Source: Spirochaetota bacterium
GTDB taxonomy: Bacteria > Spirochaetota > UBA12135 > COTS27 > CBDBHE01
Reading direction: 5' to 3'
DNA length: 64,000 nt
Assembly (NCBI GenBank): GCA_965205605.1
Contig: CBDBHE010000002.1
Span: forward strand, 64,001 to 128,000
This document shows, piece after piece, positions 20,300-33,217 of the stretch. The notes below the pieces were generated by a model. That model worked only from the letters and a program-made list of their open reading frames with translations, had not been told where the DNA came from and did not search any database. A program made the translations under genes and the position numbers. Every line of letters begins with the position of its first letter. Position 1 is the first letter of the stretch.

Positions 20300-20722
20300 A
20301 TGGCTAAAAAAATTTTTCGTCAAGTAAAGTTGCAAATAGAGGCAGGTAAGGCAACACCAGCACCTCCTGTAGGAACGGCACTTGGTCCTTTAGGGATTAG
20401 AATTATGGATTTTTGTAAGCAGTTTAATGAAAGAACGGTTAATAACAAAGGGATGATCGTTCCGGTTTTAATGAATGTGTATGAAGACAAAAGTTTTGAT
20501 TTTGTTTTAAAGACGTCTCCAGCTGCTATTTTAATTAAGAAGGCACTTGGTTTGGAAAAAGGATCGGCAGAACCTAATCGAAATAAAATAGGTAAAATTT
20601 CATCCTCAGAGCTTGAGAAAATAGCTAAAGTAAAGTTACCGGATTTGAATGCTTATGATATAGAAATGGCTAAAAAAATTATTGCAGGGACAGCCAGAAG
20701 TATGGGGATCTTAATTGAGTAG
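20300..20722 (+). CDS. rplK: 50S ribosomal protein L11
   Basis: [30 protein letters not shown]. Confidence 0.98.
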   Translation: MAKKIFRQVKLQIEAGKATPAPPVGTALGPLGIRIMDFCKQFNERTVNNKGMIVPVLMNVYEDKSFDFVLKTSPAAILIKKALGLEKGSAEPNRNKIGKISSSELEKIAKVKLPDLNAYDIEMAKKIIAGTARSMGILIE

Positions 20723-20741
20723 TTAAGAGGGGTTGAGAAGG

Positions 20742-21416
20742 ATGATTAAAAGAAGTAAGCGTTATCGAGCCATTGAGTCTAAAGAAGATTTTTTAGGGTT
20801 TAAAGAAGCTTTAGAAGTAATTAAAAAAAACATTACTTCTAAATTTGATGAAACGATAGAGATCGCTTTTAATTTAAATTTTTTAAAAAAGCATTCTATT
20901 AGAGACATTGTTGTGTACCCTCATTCATTTGGAAAAGCAGTCAAAGTGGCCGTATTTGCTAAAGATAAAAAAGCTAAACAAGCTAAAGAAGCTGGGGCTG
21001 ATTATGTGGGGGATGATGATTTGATTAAAAAAATAGAGGGGGGGTGGTTGGATTTTAAAGTGGCTATTGCAACTCCTGATATGATGAAATCTATTGCTAA
21101 AGTTTCGCGTATCCTTGGGCAAAAAGGTTTGATGCCTAGTCCTAAAGCTAAAACAGTCACTGGAGATGTTGTGCAGGCAGTGAAGTCTGTCAAAGCAGGT
21201 AGGAGAGAATTTAAGGTGGATGCAAGTGGAGTACTTAATTTTCCAGTAGGGAAGGCTTCAATGAGTGAAAAGCAAATCCTTGAAAATATTAATGAAATTT
21301 GTAATGCTGTTAAGAAAAAAAAACCAATAGATATTAAAGGAGAGTACATTAAAAGTGCTTATCTTTCTTCGACAATGGGAAAATCAATTTCTATTTTGAA
21401 GAAAGCTTTTTTATAA
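20742..21416 (+). CDS. rplA: 50S ribosomal protein L1
   Basis: KFDETIE, AGADYVG, IATPDMM, LGQKGLMPSPK, SSTMG; ATG at 20742 chosen as start. Confidence 0.97.
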   Translation: MIKRSKRYRAIESKEDFLGFKEALEVIKKNITSKFDETIEIAFNLNFLKKHSIRDIVVYPHSFGKAVKVAVFAKDKKAKQAKEAGADYVGDDDLIKKIEGGWLDFKVAIATPDMMKSIAKVSRILGQKGLMPSPKAKTVTGDVVQAVKSVKAGRREFKVDASGVLNFPVGKASMSEKQILENINEICNAVKKKKPIDIKGEYIKSAYLSSTMGKSISILKKAFL

Positions 21417-21451
21417 AGAGAAATAATACTTTTTGATTTTATAAAGTAACG

Positions 21452-21946
21452 ATGATTAAAAAAGAGAAAGTCCAAGTTGTTAAAGATTTTGCTGAGAGCA
21501 TTAAAGGAAAAGCTTTAATTTATGTTGACTATAAAGGCTTAGATGTTTTTTCTGCTAATAAAATCCGCCTTAAGCTAAGAGACAATGGAGGGAGATTTAA
21601 AGTTTTTAAAAATACTTTAATTAAAAGAGCTTTTGAATTGAATCAAACTGATTTTGATGGAAAAGTTTTAAAAGGAATGACAGGAGTTACGATTACTTCG
21701 GATGATTCATTTACAGTTAATGGGAAAGTGCTCTATGATGCTCAAAAAGAAGGGAAGCTTTCAATTAAAGGTGGTTTTTATCAAGGAGAAAAAGTCGATG
21801 GAAGGTATGTTGTAAAAATAGTCAGTATCCCATCGGAAAAAATTCTTCATGAGATGTTGGTGGCTTCTTTAAAAGGGGTTATTTCTCAGATAGTTTTTAC
21901 TTTAGAAGAAGTTAAAAAAGAAAAAGAAAAAGAAAAAAAATTATAA
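21452..21946 (+). CDS. rplJ: 50S ribosomal protein L10
   Basis: VDYKGL, KVFKNTL; lies between rplA and rplL. Confidence 0.93.
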   Translation: MIKKEKVQVVKDFAESIKGKALIYVDYKGLDVFSANKIRLKLRDNGGRFKVFKNTLIKRAFELNQTDFDGKVLKGMTGVTITSDDSFTVNGKVLYDAQKEGKLSIKGGFYQGEKVDGRYVVKIVSIPSEKILHEMLVASLKGVISQIVFTLEEVKKEKEKEKKL

Positions 21947-21980
21947 ATTTTTTTTTAAAAAATAAGAGGTATTGATTAAA

Positions 21981-22352
21981 ATGGCGCTTACAAAGAATGA
22001 TTTCATTAAAGAAATAGAAAAGATGACAGTGCTTGAACTAAATGATTTAGTTGAAGCTTTAAAAGAAAAGTTTGGAGTTACAGGTATGCCAGTGATGGCA
22101 CAAGGAGTAGCTAGTGGAGGAGCAGATGTGGAAGTTGCCAAAAGTGCTTTTGATATTGTTTTAAAAAATCCTGGTGGTAATAAAATTGCTGTTATTAAAG
22201 AAGTAAAAGTTATTACTGGCTTAGGGTTAAAAGAAGCAAAAGAGTTTGTAGATAATCCACAAAAAGCTCTTAAACAAAATGTTGATAAAGCAGAAGCAGA
22301 AGAGATTAAAAAGAAATTAGAAGCTGCTGGTGCTGAAGTTGAGCTTAAATAA
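21981..22352 (+). CDS. rplL: 50S ribosomal protein L7/L12
   Basis: MTVLELNDLV, KIAVIKEV, GLGLKEAK, LEAAGAEVELK; GAGGT RBS before ATG 21981. Confidence 0.98.
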   Translation: MALTKNDFIKEIEKMTVLELNDLVEALKEKFGVTGMPVMAQGVASGGADVEVAKSAFDIVLKNPGGNKIAVIKEVKVITGLGLKEAKEFVDNPQKALKQNVDKAEAEEIKKKLEAAGAEVELK

Positions 22353-22398
22353 TAATTTTTATAAAAAATTATTATTTATTTGGAGGAATTTTACATAA

Positions 22399-25300
22399 AT
22401 GCCATTAAGTGAACCTATAGAGGAATCAATTAAAAAAGTAAGGGAAGATATTTTAAAAAAGCATTATCTTTCTCAATATAATCGAGTGATGCTTTGGAAA
22501 AAAAAAGAAGGGTTTAAGCTTTCTAATCTTAATGATTTGCAACTTTCTTCTTTTAAAGATTTTTTTCAGGAAGAAATTGATCCACATAAAAGAAAAGATA
22601 TTGGTTTACAGTTTCTTTTTAATTCTGTTTTTCCTTTTAAGTCTACGGATGGGAAAGTACGTTTAGAGTTTAGTCATTATACAATTGGTGAAAAAAAATA
22701 TTCTAGAGAGGAATGTGTTTTAAAAGATTTGAGCTGTACGGTCCCGATTAAAGCAAGTATTAGCCTTATTTTAGAAGAGACAGGGGAAATTAAAGAGCAA
22801 GAGATTTATATTTGTGATGTTCCTTACATGACTCCAGATGGGACTTTTATTATTAATGGAGCAGAACGAGTTGTTGTTTCACAGATTCATAGGAGTCCTG
22901 GGGTTATTTTTGATTATAATCTTAGAGCCAATATGTTTCATTCTAGATTGATTCCTAATAGAGGTCCGTGGCTAGAATTTGAAATTGTTAAGGATATCTT
23001 GTATGTCAGGATTGACCGGAAAGCTCGTATTTTAGTTTCTACTTTTTTTAAAATATTAGATTTGAATAGTAAGGAAGAGGTTATTAGGACTTTTTCGAAA
23101 ACTGAAAAAATATCACTTGATGGTGGTTTGGAAGAAGTGAAGAAAAAACTATCTAATCGTTATATTGTTGAAAGCATTAAGAGTAAAGAGGAAGGCTTGC
23201 TTATAGAGTCTGGCGACTCGATTCTTCCTGAAGTAGTTAATTCTATTATGGATTTGGGTTTAAAAGAGATAGAGGTTGTTAGTTTAGAAGATGCTGATTT
23301 GTATGAGATTATTTTTAATACGTTAAACAAAGATACGAAGGAGCTTTCTAGAAAAGAAGCTTGTAGTTATATTTATTATATTCTTCGTGGTTCGGAGCCT
23401 ACTTTCTCGCAACTTGCGTATAATGAAATTATTTGTAGGTGGAAATGTAAAGAATGTGAAGAGATTTATGATGTTTTTGATCGACCTGATTTTTGCAAAA
23501 AATGTGGAGCTGATGAAACAACTTTTTTTCAGTGTGATAAGTCAATTTTTTTCAATTCTAATAATTATTCACTTGGTGAAGTAGGCCGTTATCGAATTAA
23601 TAAGAAGTTTAATTATGAAAAACCTGTCCAGTCAACTGTTTTAACGCCAAAAGATATTTATAGTACGGTTAAGCATTTGATTAAAGTTCATCGAAGAGAA
23701 GTTTCTGTTGATGATATTGATCATTTAGGTAATCGTCGCGTTAGGCGAGTAGGGGAACAGTTAGTCAATCATCTAAAAATCTGCTTTATGAGAATGGAGC
23801 GATTAGCTAAGGAGCGAATTACCATTCAAGATCATGATACCTTAACTCCTCAAAATTTAATTTCAATTAAGCCAATTACAGCGGGGATAAAAGAATTTTT
23901 TGGGACTGCTCAGCTATCTCAGTTTATGGATCAAACCAATCCGCTAGCAGCGATTACTCATAAAAGACGCCTTAATGCTTTAGGTCCAGGTGGGCTGACA
24001 AGAGAAAGGGCTGGTTTTGAGGTAAGGGATATTCATTACACTCATTACGGTAGGATGTGTCCTATTGAAACACCTGAAGGGCCTAATATTGGTTTGATTG
24101 TTTCTTTGGCTTCTTTTTCAAGGATTAATGATTATGGTTTTATAGAAACTCCTTATTATAAAGTAAAAAATGGAAAGATTTTAAATGAAATAGAGTATCT
24201 TTCTGCTATTGAAGAAGATCGTTATATTATCACTCCTTTTAGTGTTAATTTAGAAGAGGGGGGTAAAATTAAAGATGAATTGGTTCCTACTAGAAAAAGA
24301 GGAGACTATCCCATTAGTTATGCTAAAGATGTTAATTATATGGATGTTTCTCCTAAGCAAATTGTATCGATTTCTAGCTCTATTATTCCTTTTTTAGAGC
24401 ATGATGATGCAAATCGAGCTTTGATGGGCTCTAATATGCAAAGACAGGCAGTTCCTCTTTTGTTTCAAGAGGAGCCTATTGTAGGGACTGGAGTTGAAGA
24501 AGATATTGCAAAATATTCTGGGTTTTGTCAAGTAGCAAAAGAAGATGGGGAAGTTGTTGGAGTTGATAATGCTAAAATTGAAATTAAAGAAAACAAGAAA
24601 GGGGTTATTAAGCATTATAAGCTTGTAAAGTCGATTCGAACCAATCAAGACACTTATTATAATCAAAGACCTTCTGTTGCTTTGGGTGAAAAAGTTAAAA
24701 AAGGAGACATCATTAGTGATGGGCCTTCCATTAAAAATGGAGAACTTGCTTTAGGTAAAAATGTTTTAGTTGCTTTTATGACGTGGGAAGGCTACAACTT
24801 TGAAGATGCTATTTTAATGTCTAGAAGATTGATTAAAAATGATACGTATACATCGATTCATGTTGAAGAATTTGAAATTGAAGCTCGTGAAACGAAATTA
24901 GGTAAAGAGCAAATCACTAAAGACATTCCCAATGTTTCTGAAGATCAACTAAAAGATTTAGATAATGATGGGATTATCCATGTGGGTTCTTTTGTGAAAC
25001 CAGGGGGGATTTTAGTTGGCAAAATCACACCTAAGGGACATACAGAAGTGACACCAGAATATAAGCTATTGCATTCAATTTTTGGAGAAAAAGCAAGGGA
25101 TGTAAAAGATACTTCTCTTAGGGTTCCTCATGGGACTGAAGGAACAGTGGTTGATATTAAAAGATACGATCGAGAGACAAGAGGAGATTTGAAACCTGGA
25201 GTTATTGAACGTATTAAAGTGTATGTGATTAAAAAAAGAAGACTTAAAGAAGGTGATAAATTTGCAGGACGCCATGGGAATAAAGGGGTTGTTGCAAGAG

Positions 25301-25989
25301 TAATACCAGAAGAAGACATGCCTTTTTTAGAAGATGGTACTCCAATTGATATTGTTTTAAATCCTTTAGGAGTGCCTTCTAGGATGAATATAGGGCAAGT
25401 GTTTGAAACTGTTTTGGGGTGGGCAGGAAAATCATTAGGCCTTAAGTTTGGGACCCCCATTTTTAATGCTATTAGTTATGATAATATTTGCAATCTTTTA
25501 GAAAGATGTGATCTTCCAGCTAATGGTAAAGCAATTCTTTATGATGGGAGAAATGGAGAAGCTTTTAAAAAACCAGTTACAGTTGGGTATATGTATTATT
25601 TGAAATTGGCGCATTTAGCTGATGATAAGATTCATGCCAGGTCAACTGGGCCGTATTCTCTTGTCACGCAGCAACCTTTGGGTGGAAAAGCTCAATTTGG
25701 AGGGCAAAGAGTTGGAGAGATGGAGGTTTGGGCTATTGAAGCTTATGGGGCTTCTAATATTTTACAAGAATTTTTAACTGTTAAAGCAGATGCAATGGAA
25801 GGAAGGACTCGTATTTATGAAGCGATAGTTAAAGGGGAGTATATCTCTACTCCTGGTATACCAGAATCATTTAATGTATTAGTACAAGAGCTTAGAGGGC
25901 TTGCGCTTAATATTGAAATTTATGATGTGAATGGTAAAGAAATTAGTATTACACCTAAAAAAAAAAGAGATAAGAAAAAATTTATTTAG
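22399..25989 (+). CDS. rpoB: RNA polymerase beta subunit
   Basis: [51 protein letters not shown]. Confidence 0.99.
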   Translation: MPLSEPIEESIKKVREDILKKHYLSQYNRVMLWKKKEGFKLSNLNDLQLSSFKDFFQEEIDPHKRKDIGLQFLFNSVFPFKSTDGKVRLEFSHYTIGEKKYSREECVLKDLSCTVPIKASISLILEETGEIKEQEIYICDVPYMTPDGTFIINGAERVVVSQIHRSPGVIFDYNLRANMFHSRLIPNRGPWLEFEIVKDILYVRIDRKARILVSTFFKILDLNSKEEVIRTFSKTEKISLDGGLEEVKKKLSNRYIVESIKSKEEGLLIESGDSILPEVVNSIMDLGLKEIEVVSLEDADLYEIIFNTLNKDTKELSRKEACSYIYYILRGSEPTFSQLAYNEIICRWKCKECEEIYDVFDRPDFCKKCGADETTFFQCDKSIFFNSNNYSLGEVGRYRINKKFNYEKPVQSTVLTPKDIYSTVKHLIKVHRREVSVDDIDHLGNRRVRRVGEQLVNHLKICFMRMERLAKERITIQDHDTLTPQNLISIKPITAGIKEFFGTAQLSQFMDQTNPLAAITHKRRLNALGPGGLTRERAGFEVRDIHYTHYGRMCPIETPEGPNIGLIVSLASFSRINDYGFIETPYYKVKNGKILNEIEYLSAIEEDRYIITPFSVNLEEGGKIKDELVPTRKRGDYPISYAKDVNYMDVSPKQIVSISSSIIPFLEHDDANRALMGSNMQRQAVPLLFQEEPIVGTGVEEDIAKYSGFCQVAKEDGEVVGVDNAKIEIKENKKGVIKHYKLVKSIRTNQDTYYNQRPSVALGEKVKKGDIISDGPSIKNGELALGKNVLVAFMTWEGYNFEDAILMSRRLIKNDTYTSIHVEEFEIEARETKLGKEQITKDIPNVSEDQLKDLDNDGIIHVGSFVKPGGILVGKITPKGHTEVTPEYKLLHSIFGEKARDVKDTSLRVPHGTEGTVVDIKRYDRETRGDLKPGVIERIKVYVIKKRRLKEGDKFAGRHGNKGVVARVIPEEDMPFLEDGTPIDIVLNPLGVPSRMNIGQVFETVLGWAGKSLGLKFGTPIFNAISYDNICNLLERCDLPANGKAILYDGRNGEAFKKPVTVGYMYYLKLAHLADDKIHARSTGPYSLVTQQPLGGKAQFGGQRVGEMEVWAIEAYGASNILQEFLTVKADAMEGRTRIYEAIVKGEYISTPGIPESFNVLVQELRGLALNIEIYDVNGKEISITPKKKRDKKKFI

Positions 25990-25999
25990 GATTAATTAA

Positions 26000-28900
26000 A
26001 TGCTTAATGATATCAATCAATATAATTATGATCGAATTAGAATAGGAGTTGCTTCTCCAGAACAAATTATAGCTTGGTCTTATGGTGAAGTACTTAGACC
26101 AGAAACAATTAATTATAGAACTTTAAGACCGGAAAAAGATGGTCTTTTTTGTGAAAGAATTTTTGGAACAACTAAAGAGTGGGAATGTTTTTGTGGTAAA
26201 TTCAAGAGCATTCGCTATAAAGGAGTGGTGTGTGATCGCTGTGGGGTTGAAGTGACTCATTTTAAAGTGCGTCGTGAAAGAATGGGGCATGTGGAGCTTT
26301 CAAGTCCTGTGGCCCATATTTGGTTTTATAAAGCAGTCCCTTCGAGAGTGGGGCTTTTATTAGATCTTTCTATTATTGGTCTTAAGTCAGTGATTTATTA
26401 TGAAAAATATATTGTAACGGATCCTGGGGAAGTAGGTGAAATTAAAAAAAATGATTTACTTTCAGAAGAAGAATATTATGAGCTAAGAAAAAAATATGGA
26501 GACGCTTTTCAAGCAGGAATTGGAGCTGAAGTAATCCGAGAAATGCTAATGGATCTTAACTTGGAAGAAGAAGCTATGGAGTTAAGAGAAAAAATGAATA
26601 CGGCTAAAAGTATTGATAAAAGAAAATTAGTACGTCTTAGCTTACTTGAAGATTTTATTAATTCTAATAATCGTCCAGAGTGGATGATATTGACGATTAT
26701 TCCCGTTATTCCCCCCGAGCTTCGTCCGATGGTTCAGCTAGAAGGGGGTCGTTTTGCAACTTCTGATATTAATGATCTATATAGAAGACTGATTAATCGA
26801 AATAATCGTTTAAAAAAATTGATTGCCTTAAAAGCTCCTGATATTATTATCAAAAATGAAAAAAGAATGCTTCAAGAAGCAGTGGATGCTCTATTAGATA
26901 ACTCGAGAAGAAGAACAACCGTTAAAGGAGTTGGAAATAGACCTTTGAAGTCACTTTCAGATGTGCTTAAAGGGAAGCAAGGGCGTTTTCGGCAGAATTT
27001 ACTTGGAAAAAGGGTGGATTATTCAGGTCGTTCGGTAATTGTTGTGGGTCCTGATTTAAAACTGCATCAGTGTGGCATCCCTAAAAAAATGGCCATTGAA
27101 CTTTTTAAGCCTTTTATTATGAGAAAATTAGTTGAAGAGAAAAGAGTTTTTAATATTAAAAGTGCTAAAAAACTTATTGACAGAGAACACCCAGAAGTTT
27201 GGAGTATTTTAGAAAGTGTTGTGAAAGAACATCCTGTTTTACTTAATAGAGCACCGACTCTTCATCGTTTGGGGATTCAGGCTTTTGAGCCCTTACTAAC
27301 AGATGAAAAAGCAATTAGGCTGCACCCCATGGTTTGTACAGCTTATAATGCTGATTTTGATGGGGATCAGATGGCCGTTCATGTGCCTCTAAGTTCGGAA
27401 GCTCAAATTGAAGCTTGGACATTGATGCTTTCTTCTAAGAATTTATTAGATCCAGCTAATGGAGAACCTATTGTTAACCCTTCTCAAGATATGGTTTTAG
27501 GGGCTTATAATTTAACGATGTTGAAAAAAAATATTTTAGGAGAAGGGAAAATGTTTGGTTCTAAAGAAGAGGTTATTAAAGCTTATGAAAATAACAGCAT
27601 TGAGCTTCAGGCAAAAATAAGGCTTTATAATCAATCTAAAAAAAAATTTATTGCAACTTCTCCAGGAAGGCTTATCTTTAGTGAGATTTTGCCTAAAAAA
27701 CACCCATTAATTGATGAAGTTTTAGATGAGAAGGCTTTAAAAAGATTAGTATCAACCATTTGTAAGCAATATGGAGATTATCAAACCGTCATTGTGCTCG
27801 ATGCGCTTAAGGATCTTTGCTTTCATTATTCAACTATTTTTAGTAATACTATATCGGTTTCAGATATTTTGATTCCAAAAGCTAAAAAGAAACTCGTTGG
27901 AAAAAGTGAAAAAGAAGTTTTGCAAATAAATGAACAATATCGTAATGGGATTTTAACAGACGAAGAGCGTTATCAAAAAACAATTTCTGTTTGGACTTTT
28001 ACCAATGATCAAATTACTAAAGAAATGATTAATGAGCTTGAAAAAGATAAAGATGGGACCAATGACCTTTATATTATGTCTATTTCTGGAGCGAGGGGAA
28101 GCAAACAACAAATTAGACAGCTTGCTGGTATGAGAGGACTGATGGCAAGACCGTCAGGGGATATTATTGACTTGCCTATTGTTTCTAATTTTAAAGAAGG
28201 ACTTACTGTTTTAGAATATTTTATCTCTACTCATGGAGCTAGAAAAGGACTTTCAGATACAGCTCTTAAAACAGCAGATGCAGGTTATCTAACTAGAAAG
28301 CTTGTTGATATTGCCCAAGATGTTACTGTCGAAATGGAAGACTGCGGTACGATTAGTGGAATTGATATCTATCCTATAAAGGTAGGAGATGAGGTCATAG
28401 AAAAACTTTCGGAGAGAATTATAGGTCGCTACACAGCTTTGCCTATAGTTAATCCGTATACAGAGGAAGTTATTTTAAAAGCTGATGAAATGATTATAGA
28501 GGAAATTGGAAAAAAAATTGATGAACTTGAAATTGATCATGTAAAAATTAGAACTGTAGTGACTTGTGAATCTCCAAAAGGAATTTGTCAAAAATGTTAT
28601 GGACTTAATCTTGCAAATAATTTACTTGTTGATATTGGAGAACCAGTTGGGATTTTAGCTTCTCAGTCTATAGGTCAACCAGGAACTCAGTTAACAATGC
28701 GTACTTTTCATATTGGAGGGACGGCTTCTTCTGAAGTTAAAAATCCAGAGTTTAAACTTCCAAATGATTCTGTTGTTGTAGAATTACCTGCAAATATGAT
28801 TCGAAATAAAATCAATAAATTAGTAATTCCTAGAAGAGGGAAAATGTCTGTTGCCACAGTTTTTCAATTTTTTAAAGAAAGTGAATTTAAAAAAATTAAA

Positions 28901-30229
28901 GTTAAAGATGGGCAAAGAGTTAAAAAAGGTGATTTGATTGGTGAAAAAAAAGATGGGAATCAAGTTGAGGCTAAAAAAATTGGATTTATCAAGGTAGATA
29001 AAACTAAAGATCAAATTCTTTTAATAGGGATTAAATATAAACTTCCTTTAGAAGTAGGGGGAGTTTTTCAAAAAGAAATAGGTTCATTAGTTTTAAAAAA
29101 TGAAGTTATTTATCGTTTTGACCCTATTACAGAACCTATTATTTCTGAAAATTCGGGAGTTGTTTGCTATCAAGACATTATTTTAAATAAAACACTTAAA
29201 GAAGAAATTGATGATTATACAGGGGTTGTTATTAAAAAAATTATTGAATCTAAAGAAGAACACTTACAACCCAAACTTATTATTGTTCCTAGTGAAGGAG
29301 AATCAATTGAAGCTGATCTTCCTGCAGGGGCGATTCTTCAAAAAGCAGATGGTAGTACTGTTGAAGCAGGTGAAATCATTGCTGGAAAAACAAGAACCGC
29401 TCAAAAAACAACAGATATTACAGGAGGCTTGCCAAGAGTACAAGAGCTTTTTGAAGCAAGAAATCCCGTTGATGTTGCTGTTATTGCAGAGCTTTCAGGG
29501 ATTGTTGAAATAGGTGCTACTTTTAAAGGAAAGCGTCAAATTCTTATTAAAAATGAATTTGATGATTCTATTAAACATGTTGTTTCTTCGGGAAAAGTAT
29601 TGGCTGTTCGTAATGGAGACTATGTTAATGTAGGAGAACCTATTTGTGATGGAAGCTTAAACCCTCATGACATACTAAGGGTGAGTGGAGAAATTGCAGT
29701 TTATCGTTTTATTTTAGAAAATGTTCAAGAAGTCTATAAAAGGCAAGGAGTTAGTATTAATGACAAGCATGTTGGTTTAATTATAAGGCAAATGCTTAGA
29801 AAAGTTGAAATTATTGATCCAGGGGACACTCCTTATATCAAAGGAGAGTTGATTGATAAATATCGACTTCGAATTGAAAATAAAGCTGTTATCGAAGAAG
29901 GTGGTCAGCCAGCAGTTGCTCAGACAATTCTTTTAGGTCTCACAAAGGCTTCTCTTAATACAGAAAGCTTTATATCCTCTGCTTCGTTTCAAGAAACAAC
30001 TAAAGTTTTAACAAATGCAGCGATTAAAAATTCTTTTGATGAACTTAGAGGCTTAAAGGAAAATGTTATCATCGGTCAAAAAATCCCAGCAGGAACAGGA
30101 AAAATTTATTACGAAAAAGTCAATGTTTACAAAAGCGTTTATGGAGACTTGGATTTTATTGGCGCTGAGGATGATGATGTCGATTCAACGACTCTAAAAG
30201 AACAGCAGAAAATTTTTGAAAAAACTTAA
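26000..30229 (+). CDS. rpoC: RNA polymerase beta-prime subunit
   Basis: N-terminal Zn finger, [37 protein letters not shown]. Confidence 0.99.
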   Translation: MLNDINQYNYDRIRIGVASPEQIIAWSYGEVLRPETINYRTLRPEKDGLFCERIFGTTKEWECFCGKFKSIRYKGVVCDRCGVEVTHFKVRRERMGHVELSSPVAHIWFYKAVPSRVGLLLDLSIIGLKSVIYYEKYIVTDPGEVGEIKKNDLLSEEEYYELRKKYGDAFQAGIGAEVIREMLMDLNLEEEAMELREKMNTAKSIDKRKLVRLSLLEDFINSNNRPEWMILTIIPVIPPELRPMVQLEGGRFATSDINDLYRRLINRNNRLKKLIALKAPDIIIKNEKRMLQEAVDALLDNSRRRTTVKGVGNRPLKSLSDVLKGKQGRFRQNLLGKRVDYSGRSVIVVGPDLKLHQCGIPKKMAIELFKPFIMRKLVEEKRVFNIKSAKKLIDREHPEVWSILESVVKEHPVLLNRAPTLHRLGIQAFEPLLTDEKAIRLHPMVCTAYNADFDGDQMAVHVPLSSEAQIEAWTLMLSSKNLLDPANGEPIVNPSQDMVLGAYNLTMLKKNILGEGKMFGSKEEVIKAYENNSIELQAKIRLYNQSKKKFIATSPGRLIFSEILPKKHPLIDEVLDEKALKRLVSTICKQYGDYQTVIVLDALKDLCFHYSTIFSNTISVSDILIPKAKKKLVGKSEKEVLQINEQYRNGILTDEERYQKTISVWTFTNDQITKEMINELEKDKDGTNDLYIMSISGARGSKQQIRQLAGMRGLMARPSGDIIDLPIVSNFKEGLTVLEYFISTHGARKGLSDTALKTADAGYLTRKLVDIAQDVTVEMEDCGTISGIDIYPIKVGDEVIEKLSERIIGRYTALPIVNPYTEEVILKADEMIIEEIGKKIDELEIDHVKIRTVVTCESPKGICQKCYGLNLANNLLVDIGEPVGILASQSIGQPGTQLTMRTFHIGGTASSEVKNPEFKLPNDSVVVELPANMIRNKINKLVIPRRGKMSVATVFQFFKESEFKKIKVKDGQRVKKGDLIGEKKDGNQVEAKKIGFIKVDKTKDQILLIGIKYKLPLEVGGVFQKEIGSLVLKNEVIYRFDPITEPIISENSGVVCYQDIILNKTLKEEIDDYTGVVIKKIIESKEEHLQPKLIIVPSEGESIEADLPAGAILQKADGSTVEAGEIIAGKTRTAQKTTDITGGLPRVQELFEARNPVDVAVIAELSGIVEIGATFKGKRQILIKNEFDDSIKHVVSSGKVLAVRNGDYVNVGEPICDGSLNPHDILRVSGEIAVYRFILENVQEVYKRQGVSINDKHVGLIIRQMLRKVEIIDPGDTPYIKGELIDKYRLRIENKAVIEEGGQPAVAQTILLGLTKASLNTESFISSASFQETTKVLTNAAIKNSFDELRGLKENVIIGQKIPAGTGKIYYEKVNVYKSVYGDLDFIGAEDDDVDSTTLKEQQKIFEKT

Positions 30230-30272
30230 TTTATAAAACCTCTTTAAAATATTTTTTGTAAATTAATATTGG

Positions 30273-31082
30273 TTGAAATTTTACTTGTTAAATTTTTTTA
30301 AAAAAAAAGATAATAATGATTTAAGTATTAATCAAATTAGGCAACAAATAGAAGAAGAATATAAAAAAAATGCTACTCTTTATGGTTCTTTTGCTTTTAA
30401 CATACAACCTTTTTATGTTCGATATCAAAAGATCTTAAGTCAAGATGAAAAAACTTTAAAAAATTTCCTTATTTCAGAATTAGAAGCTCTTCAAGCTTAT
30501 GTTGAAAAAATCAAAGAAAAACCCCCTTCTTCCTCTCTAGACAAAATAGAAAAAAAATCTGTAATTCAAAAAATATATGATGGCTATGATGAAAGATTAA
30601 AAAAATACCCTCAAATATTTTTGCATTCAAGTGCTTTTAAAGAAATAGAACATCTTTATGGTTGCTTGATTCAGTTTCATGAAAGTCATACTCATAATTT
30701 TTTTAAAATAAGATCTCTTTTAACACGTCCTTATGAACAGCAATTTTATTTAGATTTAGAAGTTTTTATTAATGAACTCTTTCCATTATTATCAAGTAAA
30801 AAAGCCATTGCTTTTGAAAATTATATTTTTGAAATAACAAAATATCAAAATGATCAGGAAAAAATTGAAGCATTAGGACAAATCGTGTTAAAAAAAACAT
30901 TTCATATGATGAAAGCAATAAAAAAATTACTTGATTTTTTAAAAATAGAATTAGAAAGAAGAATTTCTACAATTAATTTTGTTTATAAAAAAAAAGCTTT
31001 GAAATTTTCAGAATATGAAGACGCTCTTAGAACAGAATGTGATCAAATTCTTAAAGACTTTAGACTTACAGGTTTTTTTTAA
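30273..31082 (+). CDS. hypothetical protein
   Basis: 269 aa helical ORF; no motif recognised. Confidence 0.65.
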   Translation: MKFYLLNFFKKKDNNDLSINQIRQQIEEEYKKNATLYGSFAFNIQPFYVRYQKILSQDEKTLKNFLISELEALQAYVEKIKEKPPSSSLDKIEKKSVIQKIYDGYDERLKKYPQIFLHSSAFKEIEHLYGCLIQFHESHTHNFFKIRSLLTRPYEQQFYLDLEVFINELFPLLSSKKAIAFENYIFEITKYQNDQEKIEALGQIVLKKTFHMMKAIKKLLDFLKIELERRISTINFVYKKKALKFSEYEDALRTECDQILKDFRLTGFF

Positions 31083-31108
31083 AAAAAATAATTTTTTAGA
31101 TTCTGATT

Positions 31109-32338
31109 TTGAAACATCTTTCTTTTCTTTTGTTTTTTTGTTTGTTTTTTTCTTGTTTTAAAAATGCTCAAGACTTAGCTCTTTATAAAAACATTATTCC
31201 TCAGGAAGAAACCGTTAATGCTTCTTTAATGCATTATGAAATTTTATGCAAGAAGATTCAATTGTTGTATGAAAAAAAAGCCTATTACGAAGTTTTTTCT
31301 AATATTGATTTTTATTATAAAATTTTTAATCAAGATGATGATAATGATTTTATAGATTATTATTTAGGTAAAACAATTAACCATGTCATTAATGAAAAAG
31401 AATTTTTTTATCATATGGAAAAAATGGATTCTAATTTAAGATTTGTTTATGCTGTTAGAAAAAACAAAGTAAATAAAAAAAACCTTTTAGTTTACACAAA
31501 CACTCATTTTTTAAAAATTATTCAGGAAAAAAATAATTATGAAATTGAAAAAAAAGCAATGAGGGAAATTTTAAAAAATGATTTTAAAAAATTAGAATAT
31601 TTATCAGGTCTTAAGATTAAATCAGGGCAAATTGACTGGGTATTGAAGCGTTATCCTGATTTGATAAAGGATTTAAAAGAGTTGGTTGTAAATGAAAACT
31701 TCAATTTACTTTCTTTGCAATCAAAAGAAATTGCAGATTTTTTAAAACTTTATGAAAGCAATCACCAAGGTTTTGCCCTTATTGCTTTCTCAAAAAATTA
31801 TTTTAATATTCTTCGAAATAGAATGCACTCAATTCGTTCTAGAAACTTATTAAAATTAGAACTTTGGGAACCTATTACTGTTATTGGAAAAAATTTGATA
31901 GGGGAAGATGGTGAAAAATGGTGTTATGTTAAGGGGCATTTAGGTATTAAAGGGTATGTTTTGCAAAAAAGTTTGTTGTTTTTAACAGATGAGAAAGAGT
32001 TAAAAAAAGCTAAAAAATATTTAAAAATTTGTCATTATTTTTATAATAAACGTTTTATTAAAGTAGTAAAAGAAGTATCTGCTTTATTAAATAATGCTTC
32101 CATAAAAAAAAACATCTGGGAGGAGAGGTGTTTAGTGCTTTTATATCGTTCTTTAGGAGAAATTGCAAAAAGAGCAACATCAAAAAATAATCCGTATACC
32201 CATTTTGTTTATCGTTATAAAGGTTATTTTTATTTGGATCACACAAAGAAAAGTATCATTTCAAGTGACCTTGTATTAAAGCAATTGATATCATTGAATA
32301 GAAATAGTGTTTTTTTACCTTATTTCCTTAGTTTTTAA
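31109..32338 (+). CDS. putative lipoprotein with SH3-like segment
   Basis: Lipobox-like FFSC; ..EPITVIG..GEKWCYV..GIKGYV resembles a bacterial SH3 domain. Confidence 0.6.
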   Translation: MKHLSFLLFFCLFFSCFKNAQDLALYKNIIPQEETVNASLMHYEILCKKIQLLYEKKAYYEVFSNIDFYYKIFNQDDDNDFIDYYLGKTINHVINEKEFFYHMEKMDSNLRFVYAVRKNKVNKKNLLVYTNTHFLKIIQEKNNYEIEKKAMREILKNDFKKLEYLSGLKIKSGQIDWVLKRYPDLIKDLKELVVNENFNLLSLQSKEIADFLKLYESNHQGFALIAFSKNYFNILRNRMHSIRSRNLLKLELWEPITVIGKNLIGEDGEKWCYVKGHLGIKGYVLQKSLLFLTDEKELKKAKKYLKICHYFYNKRFIKVVKEVSALLNNASIKKNIWEERCLVLLYRSLGEIAKRATSKNNPYTHFVYRYKGYFYLDHTKKSIISSDLVLKQLISLNRNSVFLPYFLSF

Positions 32339-32436
32339 CTGAGGTTATAATAATTTGTTTTACATCTAGTGATGAATTATGAAGTTTGAATTTAGTTGCC
32401 AAGAATAGTTAAAAAAAAATACTTATTATAAATAAA

Positions 32437-32682
32437 ATGAAGAAAAAGGAAGAAACTGAATTAAAAATTGAAGATTCACTTGAAGAACTTTCTAAAATTT
32501 TAGATTTATTAGAAACAGAGAAACTGGATTTAGATAAAGCTTTTGTGTTGTATGAAAAAGCAGTGCATTTATCTAGAAATTTAAAAACAAAGCTGGATTT
32601 TTATGAAAAAAAAATTAAAATTTTTTCAGAAGAATCATTAAAAGAATATTCTATTAAAATGGAAGATAAAAAAGATAGTTAA
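32437..32682 (+). CDS. xseB: exodeoxyribonuclease VII small subunit
   Basis: IEDSLEELSKILDLLE..LDLDKAFVLYEKAVHL pattern, 81 aa. Confidence 0.85.
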   Translation: MKKKEETELKIEDSLEELSKILDLLETEKLDLDKAFVLYEKAVHLSRNLKTKLDFYEKKIKIFSEESLKEYSIKMEDKKDS

Positions 32683-32698
32683 TTTTAGTAAAAGAAAT

Positions 32699-32726
32699 TA
32701 ATATAATGCTATGGGAATTCCGATAT
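32699..32726 (+). promoter_or_regulatory. possible sigma28 promoter for fliS
   Basis: TCCGATAT resembles the GCCGATAA -10 element about 45 nt before fliS; the -35 match is poor. Confidence 0.3.
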
Positions 32727-32770
32727 TGATTATACAAGTCATTAAGGTAATAGTATTTTTATTTTAAAGG

Positions 32771-33217
32771 GTGAAAAGTATGATTTATGGAAATAACGAA
32801 GATTATAAAAAATATCTTTCTAATCAAATTCAAACAGCAAATTCTGGACAACTAATTGTTTTGCTTTATGAAGGAGCTATAAAATCAATTAATATTGCTA
32901 TTGATAACATGAATTATAAAACTTATGACAAAGTTAATGAACATGCTATAAAAGCTATTAATATTCTTGATGAACTTCAAAAATCTTTAGATATGAAAGC
33001 AGGGGAAATCGCAGAGAGATTGGACTCAATTTATGAATATTTATTAAGAGAGTTGAAAAAAGCAAATATAGAAAAAGATTCCAAACTTTTAGAACAAGTA
33101 AAAAAAATTTTATTAGATTTATTAGCATCTTGGAAAGCTGTTTCTAAACAATCTGATCAAAAACAAATAAAAAAAGATAGAAAAAACTATAGTAGTGGTT
33201 TTGAAATTTTAGGGTGA
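32771..33217 (+). CDS. fliS: flagellin chaperone FliS
   Basis: Y..NQIQTA..QLIVLLYEGAI, LDMKAGEIAERLDSIYEY, LLASWK. Confidence 0.95.
   Translation: MKSMIYGNNEDYKKYLSNQIQTANSGQLIVLLYEGAIKSINIAIDNMNYKTYDKVNEHAIKAINILDELQKSLDMKAGEIAERLDSIYEYLLRELKKANIEKDSKLLEQVKKILLDLLASWKAVSKQSDQKQIKKDRKNYSSGFEILG

Noticed and set aside
23431-23538. RpoB insert as an intein
   Set aside because: Only about 35 aa and no C-terminal HN-C/S/T splice motif; it fits a metal-binding ribbon instead.
20925-29513. Short antisense and alternate-frame ORFs inside rplA, rplL, rpoB and rpoC (and similar ones inside pfk, ugd, dnaB, metE)
   Set aside because: Shadow ORFs of conserved genes with no independent coding signal.
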